A stretch of 64,000 nt of DNA from an uncultured Bacillota bacterium (GCA_937888735.1 CALASN010000164.1:26643-90642); one strand, 5' to 3'. Numbered from the stretch's first letter, positions 19,357 to 30,000 are shown. The notes: generated from the letters alone by a model not told the origin. Program-made: numbers and translations.

Positions 19357-21822
19357 TTGCGGATAACTTTTTGCGGCGGCGCCGGTGAGGTAGGCGCCAG
19401 CTGCTATTTGGTGGAGGCGGAAGGAAAGCGGATCCTTCTGGACTGCGGCGTCAGAATGGGCAATGCCAAAGACCCCTTGCCGGACTTCAGACTGATCCAA
19501 GAGCATGGCGGGGTAGACGCCGTCGTGCTCAGTCACGCGCATTTGGACCACAGCGGCGCTCTGCCCATTATCAGTCGGGAATATCCCCAGGCTCCAATCT
19601 TCATGACCCACGCCACTAAGGATTTGGTGCGGGCGCTGCTCTACGACAGCCTCAAGATCATGGCTCAGGAAGAGGAGATTCCCATCTATGCGGAAAAACA
19701 CGTAGAGCTGATGCTCAAACGCATAGTCTGTTATTCTCCGCAGACGTACTTCACGGTGCCGGACAGCGGGATTCAGCTGTCTTTTTATCAGGCGGGCCAT
19801 ATTTTGGGCGCAGCTGCCGTGGAGCTTAAAAGCGCCGAGGGAACGCTTTTTTTCTCCGGCGATATTTCTTTTGCCAGGCAACATACTGTGGGAGGCGCCG
19901 CCATAGGGAAACTGAGGCCGGATGTGGCCGTCTTTGAATCCACCTACGGCGACAAGCTTCACGCTAACAGACAAGGAGAAGAGTTGCGCCTGGTGGAAAC
20001 AGTGAAAGAGGCGATAGCCTCCGGAGGAAAAGTGCTGATCCCGGCCTTCGCCCTGGGACGGGCTCAGGAAGTGATCATGATCCTTCAGCGAGCGATGAAT
20101 AAGGGAATTTTCCCCGAGTGTCAGGTATGGGTTGACGGCATGGTGCGGGAGATTTGCAGAGTTTACCGGCTCAACCCCAACTACCTGCCGGAGCGGTTGG
20201 CCAAGCGGGTGTGGAGAGAGGGAGAGATTTTTTTCAGCGAGCGGATCCAGCCTGTGACCAACCCGGAAATGCGGCGGGAGATCGCAGAGGGGAAGGACCC
20301 TTGCGTGATCATCTCCTCCAGCGGCATGCTCAGCGGCGGGCCCAGCCAGTATTACGCCCAGAAGTTGGCGCCGGGGGAAGACAACCTCATCGCCATTACC
20401 GGCTATCAAGATGAGGAGGCGCCCGGCAGAGGACTTTTAGACTTAATGAACTCCCCGGGCGAGAGGCGGCTGTCCATCGGCCAGCTCAGCTTGCCCGTGG
20501 CCTCGCGAATCGAAAAATATAATCTTTCGGCCCATGCGGACAGGGGAGAACTGATAAATCTCGCTCACGCCCTCTCACCGAGAAGGATTTTCTTAGTGCA
20601 TGGTGAAAGAGAGATCACCGAAACCTTTGGCAGGCTCCTGCAATCCGAAATTTGGGGGCAGGTGGAACTGCCGGCGAACGGTCAGAGCGTAGAGCTTGAT
20701 GTGCGCAATCCCAGAAAACAGCGGCAACGGCTCCAGATTCCCTGCTTGCTGCGAGACGAGCTTCCGGAGGAAGACGATTTGCAACTTCTCTGGGAGCATC
20801 TTTTGGCGCACGATTATCTTTTTCCCAGCAGTCCGGAGCAGCTCTTGGGGATCTGGCAGGAGCGAGCCGCCGGCGAAGAGCAGGTTAAGGCCATGTTCTC
20901 ATTGCTTTCCGGCTCTCCCTACTTTCAGCAAGACCCCAGGCGTCCGTTTTTGTTTAGGCCTCTTTCTCCCGCGGAGCTCGAGCCTCAAGAAGCGGGGCCC
21001 ATGGAGGTGAACAGGATGCTGGCTCTGGCGGACGAGTATTTCCCCGCAGACAGCGGCCTTTATAAGAAAGGCGCCCGCCTGGAGGAAGGAAAAGTTCTCC
21101 TCACCTTTAAATTTCCCCGTCTGGCCAGGGAGAAATATCAAAGGCAGCTGGCAGAGTTCCAAGAGGCCACGGGCTGGGAAGTCCAGCTCAATGAGAATTG
21201 CAACCTGCAGGCCGCGCAAGAAGTTTTGCGAAGCCTTTTGCCCCAGTCCGCGCAGCTTTTGAAATTTTCCTACTATCCGGAAGAGGAGGCTTTCCGCGCC
21301 ACCTTGACGGAGGAGCTTCCGGCAGAGCCGGCAGCCGAGTTTTACCGGCAAACAGGCCACAGGCTGGCTGGTCAGGTCCGGGCGCCGCAAAAGCTGGAAC
21401 TGACCGGCGCCGGCCCCACCGAGCCGTTGGAGCAGAACCAGGCTTTCGCGCTGCTCGATCAAGCCTTCCTGGGCCAACCGGATCAGCCCCACAAGAAGAG
21501 CCTGAAGCATGATCAAAACGGACGTTATATCGAACTGGCCTTCCTCACGCCCCAGGTGGGAGAAAAGTACAGGGAACTTTTGGACCGGCTGGAATGCAGG
21601 ACTCTCTGGCAGCTGAAGATTAGTCCCGCCGTGAATCAAGCGGCGCTTCTGAGCCTGGCCAGAGAGACGGTGGAACAGGCGGGCGGCGTGTTGAAGAAAA
21701 ACCCTTCCTACATTGCGGCGCAAAAGAAGATTAGAATCTCGCTGGAGGCGCCTTTGCCCCGAGCGGAGCAAACCGCCGCGGAATTTTGGCGTCTGACCGG
21801 AATCACCCTTGAACTTAATTGA
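19357..21822 (+). CDS. MBL-fold metallo-hydrolase of the beta-CASP (RNA-metabolising) family with a ~390-aa uncharacterised C-terminal extension.
   Basis: TTG start with GGAGAGGTGA RBS. MBL motifs HAHLDHSGALP. beta-CASP motifs AHADRGEL and LVHGE near aa 400-430. Residues 430-821 have no recognisable motif. Confidence 0.75.
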   Translation: MRITFCGGAGEVGASCYLVEAEGKRILLDCGVRMGNAKDPLPDFRLIQEHGGVDAVVLSHAHLDHSGALPIISREYPQAPIFMTHATKDLVRALLYDSLKIMAQEEEIPIYAEKHVELMLKRIVCYSPQTYFTVPDSGIQLSFYQAGHILGAAAVELKSAEGTLFFSGDISFARQHTVGGAAIGKLRPDVAVFESTYGDKLHANRQGEELRLVETVKEAIASGGKVLIPAFALGRAQEVIMILQRAMNKGIFPECQVWVDGMVREICRVYRLNPNYLPERLAKRVWREGEIFFSERIQPVTNPEMRREIAEGKDPCVIISSSGMLSGGPSQYYAQKLAPGEDNLIAITGYQDEEAPGRGLLDLMNSPGERRLSIGQLSLPVASRIEKYNLSAHADRGELINLAHALSPRRIFLVHGEREITETFGRLLQSEIWGQVELPANGQSVELDVRNPRKQRQRLQIPCLLRDELPEEDDLQLLWEHLLAHDYLFPSSPEQLLGIWQERAAGEEQVKAMFSLLSGSPYFQQDPRRPFLFRPLSPAELEPQEAGPMEVNRMLALADEYFPADSGLYKKGARLEEGKVLLTFKFPRLAREKYQRQLAEFQEATGWEVQLNENCNLQAAQEVLRSLLPQSAQLLKFSYYPEEEAFRATLTEELPAEPAAEFYRQTGHRLAGQVRAPQKLELTGAGPTEPLEQNQAFALLDQAFLGQPDQPHKKSLKHDQNGRYIELAFLTPQVGEKYRELLDRLECRTLWQLKISPAVNQAALLSLARETVEQAGGVLKKNPSYIAAQKKIRISLEAPLPRAEQTAAEFWRLTGITLELN

Positions 21823-21841
21823 GAAAAAGGAGCTGAGCAGG

Positions 21842-23902
21842 ATGAAAAGATATCCGCCAATCAATCCGAAATTCGGACATCTGATTCACGGCGCGGATTA
21901 CAACCCGGATCAGTGGCTTGCTTTCCCTGAGATTTTGCAGCAGGATTTGCGGCTGATGAAGCTGGCCCATATGAACAGCATGTCCGTGGGGATCTTCGCT
22001 TGGGCGGCGCTGGAGCCCGAGGAGGGGCGCTTTGAGTTTGGTTGGTTAGACAAGATTATGGACGACCTGGCGGATAACGGCGTCAGCGTTGTCCTGGCCA
22101 CCCCCTCCGGTGCGCGGCCCGCCTGGCTGTCCGCCAAATACCCCGAGGTGCTGCGGGTACAGCCCAACGGGCAGCGCAATCTGCACGGCGGCAGGCACAA
22201 TCACTGCTATACATCCCCCGTTTACAGGGAAAAAGTTAGGCTGATCAATACCAAACTGGCAGAGCGCTATGGGGAGCATCCGGCTTTGCTTATTTGGCAC
22301 GTTTCCAATGAATACAGCGGCGAATGCCACTGCGAGCTTTGTCAGGCGGCATTCAGGGAGTGGCTCAAGGCCAAATATCAAGGCTCTTTGGACAAACTAA
22401 ACCGCGCGTGGTGGACGGCGTTTTGGAGCCATACATATACTGATTGGTCCCAGATCCATTCTCCGGTTCCCAACGGTGAGTTTCTGGTCCATGGGCAGAA
22501 TTTGGATTGGAAGAGGTTTGTCACCTCTCAGACCGTGGATTTCTTCAAGAGCGAGATCGCTCCCTTGAAAGAGCTCGCGCCCGAGATTCCGGTCACCACT
22601 AACTTGATGGGAACCTATCCGGGACTGGATTATTGGCAGCTGGCCCGGGAAATGGATGTGGCCTCTTGGGATAGTTATCCGTCCTGGCATGGCGAAGAGG
22701 AGGATTGGCGCGTTGGCTGCCGTACGGCTTTTCTGCACGATCTCAACCGCTCTCTGAAAGGCGGCAAGCCTTTCCTTTTGATGGAAAGCACCCCCAGCGT
22801 GACCAACGGGCAGGCGGTGGCTAAGCTGAAAAGGCCCGGGATGCACGTTTTAGCTTCCCTCCAGGCCGTGGCTCACGGCGCGGACTCGGTACAGTATTTT
22901 CAGTGGCGCAAGAGCAGGGGCTCATGCGAAAAATTCCACGGCGCGGTTGTGGATCACTGCGGCCATGAAAACACTAGGGTATTTCGTGATGTGACGGCCG
23001 TAGGCCGGACGCTGGAGAAATTGGATGATGTTGTGGGCGCCTCCGTGTCAAGCCAGGTGGCGATCATCTACGACTGGGAGAATCGTTGGGCCATAGAAGA
23101 CGCCAAGGGCCCCCGCGTGGAGAAAAAAGCTTATCAGCCCACTTGCGAAACGCATTATCAGGCTCTTTGGCGCCGGGGCGTATCTGTGGATGTCATCAAT
23201 ATGGACGCGGATTTTTCCGGCTACAAATTGTTAATCGCGCCTATGCTTTACATGGTGCGGCCCGGAGTGGCCCGGCGTCTGGAGGAATTTGTCTCCTCCG
23301 GCGGCACGCTGGTTGCCACGTACTGGAGCGGGATCGTGGATGAGAACGACCTCTGTTTTCTGGGAGGCTTTCCCGGTCCCCTGCGTAAGGTCTTGGGCGT
23401 CTGGAGCGAGGAGATCGACGCTCTCTACGACGAAGACGTCAATCATGTGGTGATGAAGCAATCCGGGAAAGAATATGCTGCTGTGGAGCTGTGCGATCTC
23501 ATTGCCGCGGAGACGGCCGAAGTTTTGGCAGTCTACAAAGAAGATTTCTATGCGGGGCGGCCTGCTCTGACCCGCAATAAATTTGGCGCGGGCCGGGCTT
23601 ATTATCTCGCCTTTCGCAGCCGGGAAGACTTCCTCCTGGATTTTTACGGCCGGCTGATTTCGGATCTGAACATAGAGCAGCCTTTGCCGGGAGAGCTTCC
23701 CCAAGGGATCTCTGTCCACAAGCGCACGGACGGAGAGCACGATTTCATCTTTATTATGAATTTTAACCCTTCCCAACAGACAGTTGCGCTGGGGGACGCT
23801 GATTTTGAAGAGCTGATTTCCGGCGGCAAAGAGCAAGGGACAGTCCGGCTGCCGGGATATGGCGCGAAAATCCTGAAACGCAGGATAAAGCCCGGGCTTT
23901 AG
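21842..23902 (+). CDS. GH42-family beta-galactosidase.
   Basis: MKRYPPINPKFGHLIHGADYNPDQWLAFPE...WHVSNEYSGECHC is the GH42 signature, including the Cys/His zinc site. AAAAAGGAG RBS. Start chosen at ATG 21842 rather than track start 21809, which overlaps the upstream gene. Confidence 0.85.
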   Translation: MKRYPPINPKFGHLIHGADYNPDQWLAFPEILQQDLRLMKLAHMNSMSVGIFAWAALEPEEGRFEFGWLDKIMDDLADNGVSVVLATPSGARPAWLSAKYPEVLRVQPNGQRNLHGGRHNHCYTSPVYREKVRLINTKLAERYGEHPALLIWHVSNEYSGECHCELCQAAFREWLKAKYQGSLDKLNRAWWTAFWSHTYTDWSQIHSPVPNGEFLVHGQNLDWKRFVTSQTVDFFKSEIAPLKELAPEIPVTTNLMGTYPGLDYWQLAREMDVASWDSYPSWHGEEEDWRVGCRTAFLHDLNRSLKGGKPFLLMESTPSVTNGQAVAKLKRPGMHVLASLQAVAHGADSVQYFQWRKSRGSCEKFHGAVVDHCGHENTRVFRDVTAVGRTLEKLDDVVGASVSSQVAIIYDWENRWAIEDAKGPRVEKKAYQPTCETHYQALWRRGVSVDVINMDADFSGYKLLIAPMLYMVRPGVARRLEEFVSSGGTLVATYWSGIVDENDLCFLGGFPGPLRKVLGVWSEEIDALYDEDVNHVVMKQSGKEYAAVELCDLIAAETAEVLAVYKEDFYAGRPALTRNKFGAGRAYYLAFRSREDFLLDFYGRLISDLNIEQPLPGELPQGISVHKRTDGEHDFIFIMNFNPSQQTVALGDADFEELISGGKEQGTVRLPGYGAKILKRRIKPGL

Positions 23903-23912
23903 GCCCGGGCCA
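23888..23912. terminator. Palindromic GC-rich element (AAAGCCCGGGCTTT then AGGCCCGGGCC) between convergent genes, a candidate bidirectional terminator.
   Basis: AAAGCCCGGGCTTT is a perfect self-complementary 14-mer. It lies between the GH42 stop (23902) and the minus-strand small gene stop (23919). Confidence 0.35.
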
Positions 23913-23918
23913 GGAGGC

Positions 23919-24086
23919 TTATTGTCTCACTTGAGGCCGCAGACGGTCTGCCAGTCCCAATGCCACTTGGGCCAAGCCAAACCCTAGGATCCCGGCGCCT
24001 GTTTTCTTTGGAAGCATGCGCCAGCCAAGAGCGGATACCAACGCTCCGGTGCCAGCCACTAACCAGCTAGTACTAGTTGATTTCAT
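23919..24086 (-). CDS. Small (55-aa) predicted membrane protein, below the ORF-track length cutoff.
   Basis: Minus-strand ATG at 24086 is preceded by a GGAGGTG RBS. Translation MKSTSTSWLVAGTGALVSALGWRMLPKKTGAGILGFGLAQVALGLADRLRPQVRQ has two Gly/Ala-rich hydrophobic segments. Confidence 0.4.
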   Translation of the reverse strand: MKSTSTSWLVAGTGALVSALGWRMLPKKTGAGILGFGLAQVALGLADRLRPQVRQ

Positions 24087-24195
24087 TGACAACACCTCCC
24101 GCAGCTAGTGTGTCCGAGAGGTAATGATTTTATTGCTGCAGGCTTTGTTTTTGTTGCTGGCGAAGTGATAAGAATGTTTAAAAGAGGCGGAGGCA

Positions 24196-25134
24196 ATGAA
24201 AGCTAAACTCGCTTTGGTTATCTTATTGCTGGCGGCAGCGGCCTGCGCCCAGAACAGATGGCTTGCGATCGACTCGTCCCTCACCGGCGAGAAGCTTGAG
24301 GCTTTGGTTGTGCTGCCGCCCGGTTATGAGGAAGACGGACGGCGCTATCCGGTGCTGTATTTTCTCCACGGCTGGCAATCGAGTCCCTTGAATTTAAGCC
24401 TGCTGTTGGATTGGGATCAGCTGCTGGCCGGATTATGCCATGAAGGAACGATGAGGCCGTTCATTCTGGTGCTCCCCAGTTCCGGAGATGGTGGAGAAAG
24501 TTGGTATTCAGACTATCAGGATGGGAGAGCGTATGAGAGGTATTTTCTGGAAGAGCTCATTCCGGCTGTAGATCGCAGCTTTCGCACCATCGCTTCCTGC
24601 CAGGGCAGGGGGATCGGCGGCTTTTCCATGGGCGGTTTCGGCGCCTTTAAATTGCTGGCCAAGCATCCGTACGCCTTTGGTTCCGCCAGTTCCGTCTCCG
24701 GGATGCTGAGCCTGGAAACTTTCACTTTGGGCTGGAGTTTGCTTCCCCTGCGCGTTTTCAGCTATACTTTCCGGCATCTATATGAGGATGTGTTCGGACC
24801 CAGCGTCGCCGATTGGCGGCGCCATGATCCGAAAACTCTTTTGGCGGGTTTAGAGAGAACATTGCCTGAAGTGTTCGCCCAGCGCTCTTTTTTCATGGCC
24901 GTAGGCAGCAAAGACGAGTTTTTAGCCGCTGACCAGGCTGACGAGGTGGCGGAATTTTTCAGCGCTGTGGGCGCGGATTATACGTATCAAAAGGTGCCTG
25001 GAGGCAGGCACAATTTCTTCTTTTTAAGCTCTCGCCTGGAAGCTGTTTTTCGTTTCCACAGCGAAATTTTCGCAAGGTCTTCCCGGCATTTACTAAGTTA
25101 TAACGCTAACGGGAAAAGCCGCATCGCGCGATAA
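24196..25134 (+). CDS. Secreted alpha/beta-hydrolase esterase (putative carbohydrate esterase / esterase family).
   Basis: Signal peptide MKAKLALVILLLAAAACA. GFSMGGFGAF serine nucleophile motif (G-x-S-x-G). 312 aa. Confidence 0.75.
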   Translation: MKAKLALVILLLAAAACAQNRWLAIDSSLTGEKLEALVVLPPGYEEDGRRYPVLYFLHGWQSSPLNLSLLLDWDQLLAGLCHEGTMRPFILVLPSSGDGGESWYSDYQDGRAYERYFLEELIPAVDRSFRTIASCQGRGIGGFSMGGFGAFKLLAKHPYAFGSASSVSGMLSLETFTLGWSLLPLRVFSYTFRHLYEDVFGPSVADWRRHDPKTLLAGLERTLPEVFAQRSFFMAVGSKDEFLAADQADEVAEFFSAVGADYTYQKVPGGRHNFFFLSSRLEAVFRFHSEIFARSSRHLLSYNANGKSRIAR

Positions 25135-26096
25135 TAGCTTGCTGTTTTTTTGAGCTTTAATATTGGTGTGGCTCTATTTTGGTTTGGAGGAGTTAACCGA
25201 GCGGGGAAGGAGTATTTTGCTCAACTCGCAGCTGAAAAGGGTTAGGTTTTAAAGTTGAAGCTCATTTGCAGGTTAGGCCCACAAGATGGAGCTTTGTAGT
25301 AGTGCCAAGGAAAAAATAGAGGTTTCTTTCCAGAAACGCGGCAAAAAATTTTCCCGATCTTGGCGAGTGCCTCGTGTTCGTCGCCGTCTGCTTTGAAATT
25401 AAGCATCCCGATTTCCCAATCTTCAATCATCATTTTGGATCGCTGCCGGCGTCCTCAAACCTATAGGAAAAAGATGACACTTGTTGTAAGAGCTTAAACT
25501 CTGATTCAAGCTCAGGATTGGGCTGAAACAGATTCAGCTGTTGCGGCTGGGCCTGTATGCCTGCGAGGTTCTTGGAGTTCCCGCCGCTGTCATCAGGTTC
25601 AACAATAAAATTAAGGATCTTTGTGGTTTGAACACGGCAAGCAATGTAAAGTCAGCTTTTGCTTTATTAGTCAGTTCCTTTGGGTCCGCGGATATTTGTT
25701 GCTTTTGAAGATATCCTGCGCCGTTCATCCAGCCCGGTCTGCCAGATTTGGCTTTAACTTTCAATGTGTCTCGACGATAGGATTCTGGGCGCAAGTCTGA
25801 CTTGTTGCGCTCCGCCTCACCTTTCACTCGGATATTTCAGGTCTTTCGGCGACCTAAATGGCATCGGACAGATGCGAAGCCAAGAGCCTTCGCAAGCACT
25901 TCCGCCGAACGAGCAAGCTTCGCAGATTTCTCGGAGATTGGCTGGTAAGTTTCGCCAAGATGTAGTCAGTGTAAAATTTCCGTTGTTGTTACACAATTAG
26001 CAAGAGGAACCATAAGCGGTAGAGAGCGTTCCTGGAGTGAGGTTTGGTGCAAAAGAGCGGCTTGCTTGCGTTACGCTTAGGCCTGGGCTTCAGGCT

Positions 26097-26876
26097 CTAA
26101 TTGTTGGCAGTCTTGTAGCGGGAAGGGCTTTTCCCCATGATCTTTTTGAAGGCGCGGCTGAAATAAGCCGGGTCTTCATAGCCGCAGACTTCGGCAACCT
26201 CTGTGACAGTATACATGCCGCTGAGCAACATGTCGCAGGCCTTGCCGATCCGAAGCCGCGAGCGGTACGACGAGGCCGATTCTTTATACACCCTTTTGAA
26301 TAAGCGGCGAAAATATGTTTCGGACATACCGCACAGCTGCGGCAGCGCGGATTCGGGAAACGGTTCGCAGCAATGGGCCTCAAGATACTCCACAGCCGGG
26401 TTCAGTTTTTTTCGGTAGCTGTCATGCTCGCAGTCCGTCTCCCGCAGCAGCGCGCCGATCAGCTCGTACAACAAACTCATGCTCAGCACCCGATAATGCG
26501 CCGAGCGTTTTCCCCAGACGTTGACCAATCTCATAAAAATCTGACAAATTTTCTGCCCATTGACTGGCGTCAGACAAAGGGGGAGCGCGGAAAGAGCGGC
26601 CGGGAATGTCAGCTGAAAATTCACCGTCATGTGGACGAAAGGGGAGTCGTCGTAGCAGCTGGTCACATAAGAAGTATCGGGCGAGAGATACAGGACCTCG
26701 CCGGCTTTAGTGGTAAAAGAATGTGTGCCGTTCATCTGATAATGTGCGCGTCCCTCAAGCACATATACGATCCCGTGCCTCTGACGGGAATTTTTATATT
26801 CTTCGCTGATCCAGCCCGGCGGAGAAACAAACTTGTGGCACAAGATGATTTCGCTCACGACGATTTCCTTCACCAC
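26097..26876 (-). CDS. AraC-family transcriptional regulator (N-terminal cupin sensor plus C-terminal double HTH).
   Basis: C-terminal YFRRLFKRVYKESASSYRSRLRIGKACDMLL...YFSRAFKKIMGKSPSRYK is a canonical AraC HTH. Confidence 0.85.
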   Translation of the reverse strand: MVKEIVVSEIILCHKFVSPPGWISEEYKNSRQRHGIVYVLEGRAHYQMNGTHSFTTKAGEVLYLSPDTSYVTSCYDDSPFVHMTVNFQLTFPAALSALPLCLTPVNGQKICQIFMRLVNVWGKRSAHYRVLSMSLLYELIGALLRETDCEHDSYRKKLNPAVEYLEAHCCEPFPESALPQLCGMSETYFRRLFKRVYKESASSYRSRLRIGKACDMLLSGMYTVTEVAEVCGYEDPAYFSRAFKKIMGKSPSRYKTANN

Positions 26877-26960
26877 GGCTAGAGCCTCCTTTGCGGCAAT
26901 AAAGATGTGTGCCGTTTAATCCAAGTGTACTGCTTGTTATATGGAAAAGCAAGTGCCGAT

Positions 26961-27013
26961 TTGTGATAATAGATTCACAGTCTAGGCGATCTGTCGCCGG
27001 GCCTGTGAATCTA
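26961..27013. promoter_or_regulatory. Composite operator-like element in the araC/27041 divergent intergenic region: TGTGA-N8-TCACA overlapping a perfect 11-bp inverted repeat (TAGATTCACAG ... CTGTGAATCTA, 22-nt spacer).
   Basis: Read directly from the sequence. It lies 28 nt upstream of ATG 27041. Confidence 0.3.
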
Positions 27014-27040
27014 GCCAGCGGCTATGCGAAGGAGGAAATT

Positions 27041-30000
27041 ATGAGCGTTTCCTGTAAAAAAGAGAGAAGGCCCATCCTTACCTATGTGCCGGGCCAGCCC
27101 AATAAAATGCCGTATTTTATCGAGGGAAAGGCCTATCAGGGAGCATGCGGCCGGGTATATCCCATCCCGGTCCGCGATCAGCTGAGCGATGCGCCTGTGG
27201 AAGTGGAGTATGACGTGATCACGCTTGCCAACGAGCACATCGAGGTGAATTTGCTGCCGGAGCTTGGCGGGAAAGTGTATGGCGCCAAGAGCAAACACAA
27301 CGGCTATGAGTTCGTCTACCAAAACCCGGTGGTTAAGCCAGCGCTGGTGGGACTGGCCGGACCTTGGGTTTCCGGCGGCATTGAATTCAACTGGGCGCAG
27401 CATCACAGGCCCACCACCTTTGCTCCCGTGGAAGCCACGGTTCAAAACAATCCTGATGGTTCCGTAACTTGTTGGCTGGGAGAGGCGGAACCGTTCCATC
27501 GGCTGCGGGGCGCGGTGGGGATTACCCTTTACCCGGGGAAATCCTATCTGGAAGCGAAGGCGCTCCTTTATAACAGAACAGACCTGCCGCTGCCGTTTAT
27601 GTGGTGGAACAATCTGGCCGTGCGGGTCAATCCCCAATATAAAGCCGTCTTTCCGCCGGACGTGGAATATGTCAGCGACCATGACCGGAGGGCGGTTATT
27701 TCTTTTCCCGTCATGCGAGGGATCTTCGAGACGGCGCGGCCTTACGACTATGGCGACGGTGTGGACGGCACGTGGTATCCCAACATCAAAATTCCCACTT
27801 CGGTGATGGTCATGCGCGGACAATCAGAGATGAATTTTCTGGGCGGTTATGATTTTGCAAAAAACGCCGGCACTGTCACCGTGGCCGACCATTACGTGTC
27901 TGTGGGGAAAAAAATGTGGACCTGGGGCGACTGTGAATTTGGGAGGGCCTGGTGCAAAAACCTGACTGATAACGACGACCGTTATATCGAGCTGATGACG
28001 GGAGTCTATACCGATAATCAGCCGGATTTCACCTATCTGATGCCGGGAGAAACCAAGGAGTTTACGCAGGTTTGGTATCCGATCCAGGAGATCGGGGAAG
28101 TGGCAAACGCCACAATCGACGGGGCGCTTTCCTGCAGACAGGAGGGCAGGAAGCTGTTCCTTGGCGCCATTGCCACAGCGCTTTTCCCCAACGCCCGCTT
28201 GTCGGTCGCCCTTGACGGCAAGACCATTTTCGAAAAAACAGCGTCTGTGGCGCCGGACCGGAGTTGCCTTGCCGAGACAGTGCTGCCTGACGGAGCGGAG
28301 ATCAACAGCGTGCGCGTGGCTCTGGAGAGCGCGGAGGGAAAAGAATTGGTCTCCTATGTCCCCGTGCGGCGCGGAGTCAAGAAAAAGCCCCAAGCGCGCA
28401 GCATTCCGCCCAGGCCGGAGGAAGTTAAGAGCGTAGAAGAGCTTTACCTGCACGGCGCGCATCTGGAGCAATACAAACATCACACTTACAAACCTGAGGC
28501 TTATTATCTGGAAGCTTTGCGCCGCGACCCTTCAGATTACCGCTCAAACTTGGCTTTGGGCCGGCTCTGCACCGAAAAGGCGCAATTCGAAACAGCCCGT
28601 GTCTATTTGAACAGGGCCGTTGCCAAGCTCACCTGCCGCAACGATAACCCCGCGGATACGGAAGCCGTTTATCTGCTGGGACGTCTGGAAAAGCTCTGCG
28701 GAAACCCTGACGCTGCGTACGAACTCTTTCAGCGGGCTGCCTGGCAATATCCCTGGCGCAGCCAGGCGTATCTTGAAATTGCCAGGATCGACTGCGCCCG
28801 GGGAGAAAAGCAGCGGGCAATTCATTATCTGCGGCTTTCCCTGGAAACCAACGCCAAGCTCTTTGCTGCCCGCACCCTGCTGGGCTATTTGCTGCAGGAT
28901 AAAAAGCTGCTGGGGCGCGTCCTTACAGACGCGCCCCAGGATACGTTTGCGCGGTTTGCCCTCTATCTGTTGGGCGGGGAAGAGGTTGCCGCTTTCATTT
29001 TGCACCGTCCGGAAGACGTTCTGGATGTGGCATTGGAGTTTAAGCAGGCGGGCCTGTATCAGGAGGCGGTCCGCGTCTTGGATCTGTGCCAAAGGCCAAA
29101 TCTGCTGCTGAAATTTCATAAGGCCGCCCTCTTGGGGCAGCCGCCGGAAGACGCCACGCTGGATTACTGCTTTCCCAACCGTCTGGAAGATCTTGCGGTT
29201 TTAGCCGGACGTAACGACTGGCGAGCGGCATATCTGCTGGGCTGCCTATATTACGACAGGCTGAATTATGCCTCGGCAGCCGACGCCTGGGAGACGTCCG
29301 TGCGTCTGCACGAAAACAATCCGTATGCGCTGCGTAATCTTGCCTTTGCCTATTACGACCACCTGGGCCGCAAGCAAGAAGCATTGGGGTTGTTGCAGGA
29401 AGCCCTGGCGCGGGATCCCCAAAACGCCCGCCTGCTGTACGAACTGCTGCAGTTGAAGAAAAACCTGGGATCCACGGCTGAAGAAAGGCTGGCGCTGCTG
29501 GAGTCCCACGCCGCGCTCGTTTGCCAGAGGGATGACTGTTACTTGAGCTGGGCCATGCTCTATACCCAAACCGGACAGTACGAAAAGGCGGAGCAGCTTT
29601 TAAAAACCCGCAGCTTCCATATTTACGAGGGCGGAGAAGGTATGCTGACCCGGCATCATAGTTGGCTCTACACCCTTATGGGAGCCGAAGCCATGCGGGA
29701 AGGAAACTATGAAAAAGCAGCGAAATGTTTCCCAAATGCGCTCGCCTTTCCGGCTAACTACGGTGAAGGGAAACATTACAGCGCCCAGGAAAGCAACGTC
29801 TGGTATTATGCGGGGCTGCTGAACGAACAGCGGCATCTTCCCCGGCAGGCGAAAGAATGCTATGAGCAAGCGGTGCAACAACCCCCGCGGCTTACGGAAA
29901 TCTCCTATTTTACCGCCCGGGCGGGGGAGAAACTGGGACAGCCGGAGCAGGCAGCGGAGCTGTTTCGTCAAATGTGCGCCCAGGCCGGGGAACGTCTCAC

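Noticed and set aside
21809-21841. Upstream start MNLIEKKELSR for the GH42 gene (ORF-track start 21809).
   Set aside because: It overlaps the MBL gene stop and has no RBS. ATG 21842 sits 8 nt after AAAAAGGAG and matches the conserved GH42 N-terminus.
26909-27040. Track start 26909 (MPFNPSVLLVIW...) for the DUF5107/TPR gene.
   Set aside because: There is no RBS, and the region contains the operator-like palindromes. ATG 27041 is preceded by GAAGGAGG at ideal spacing.
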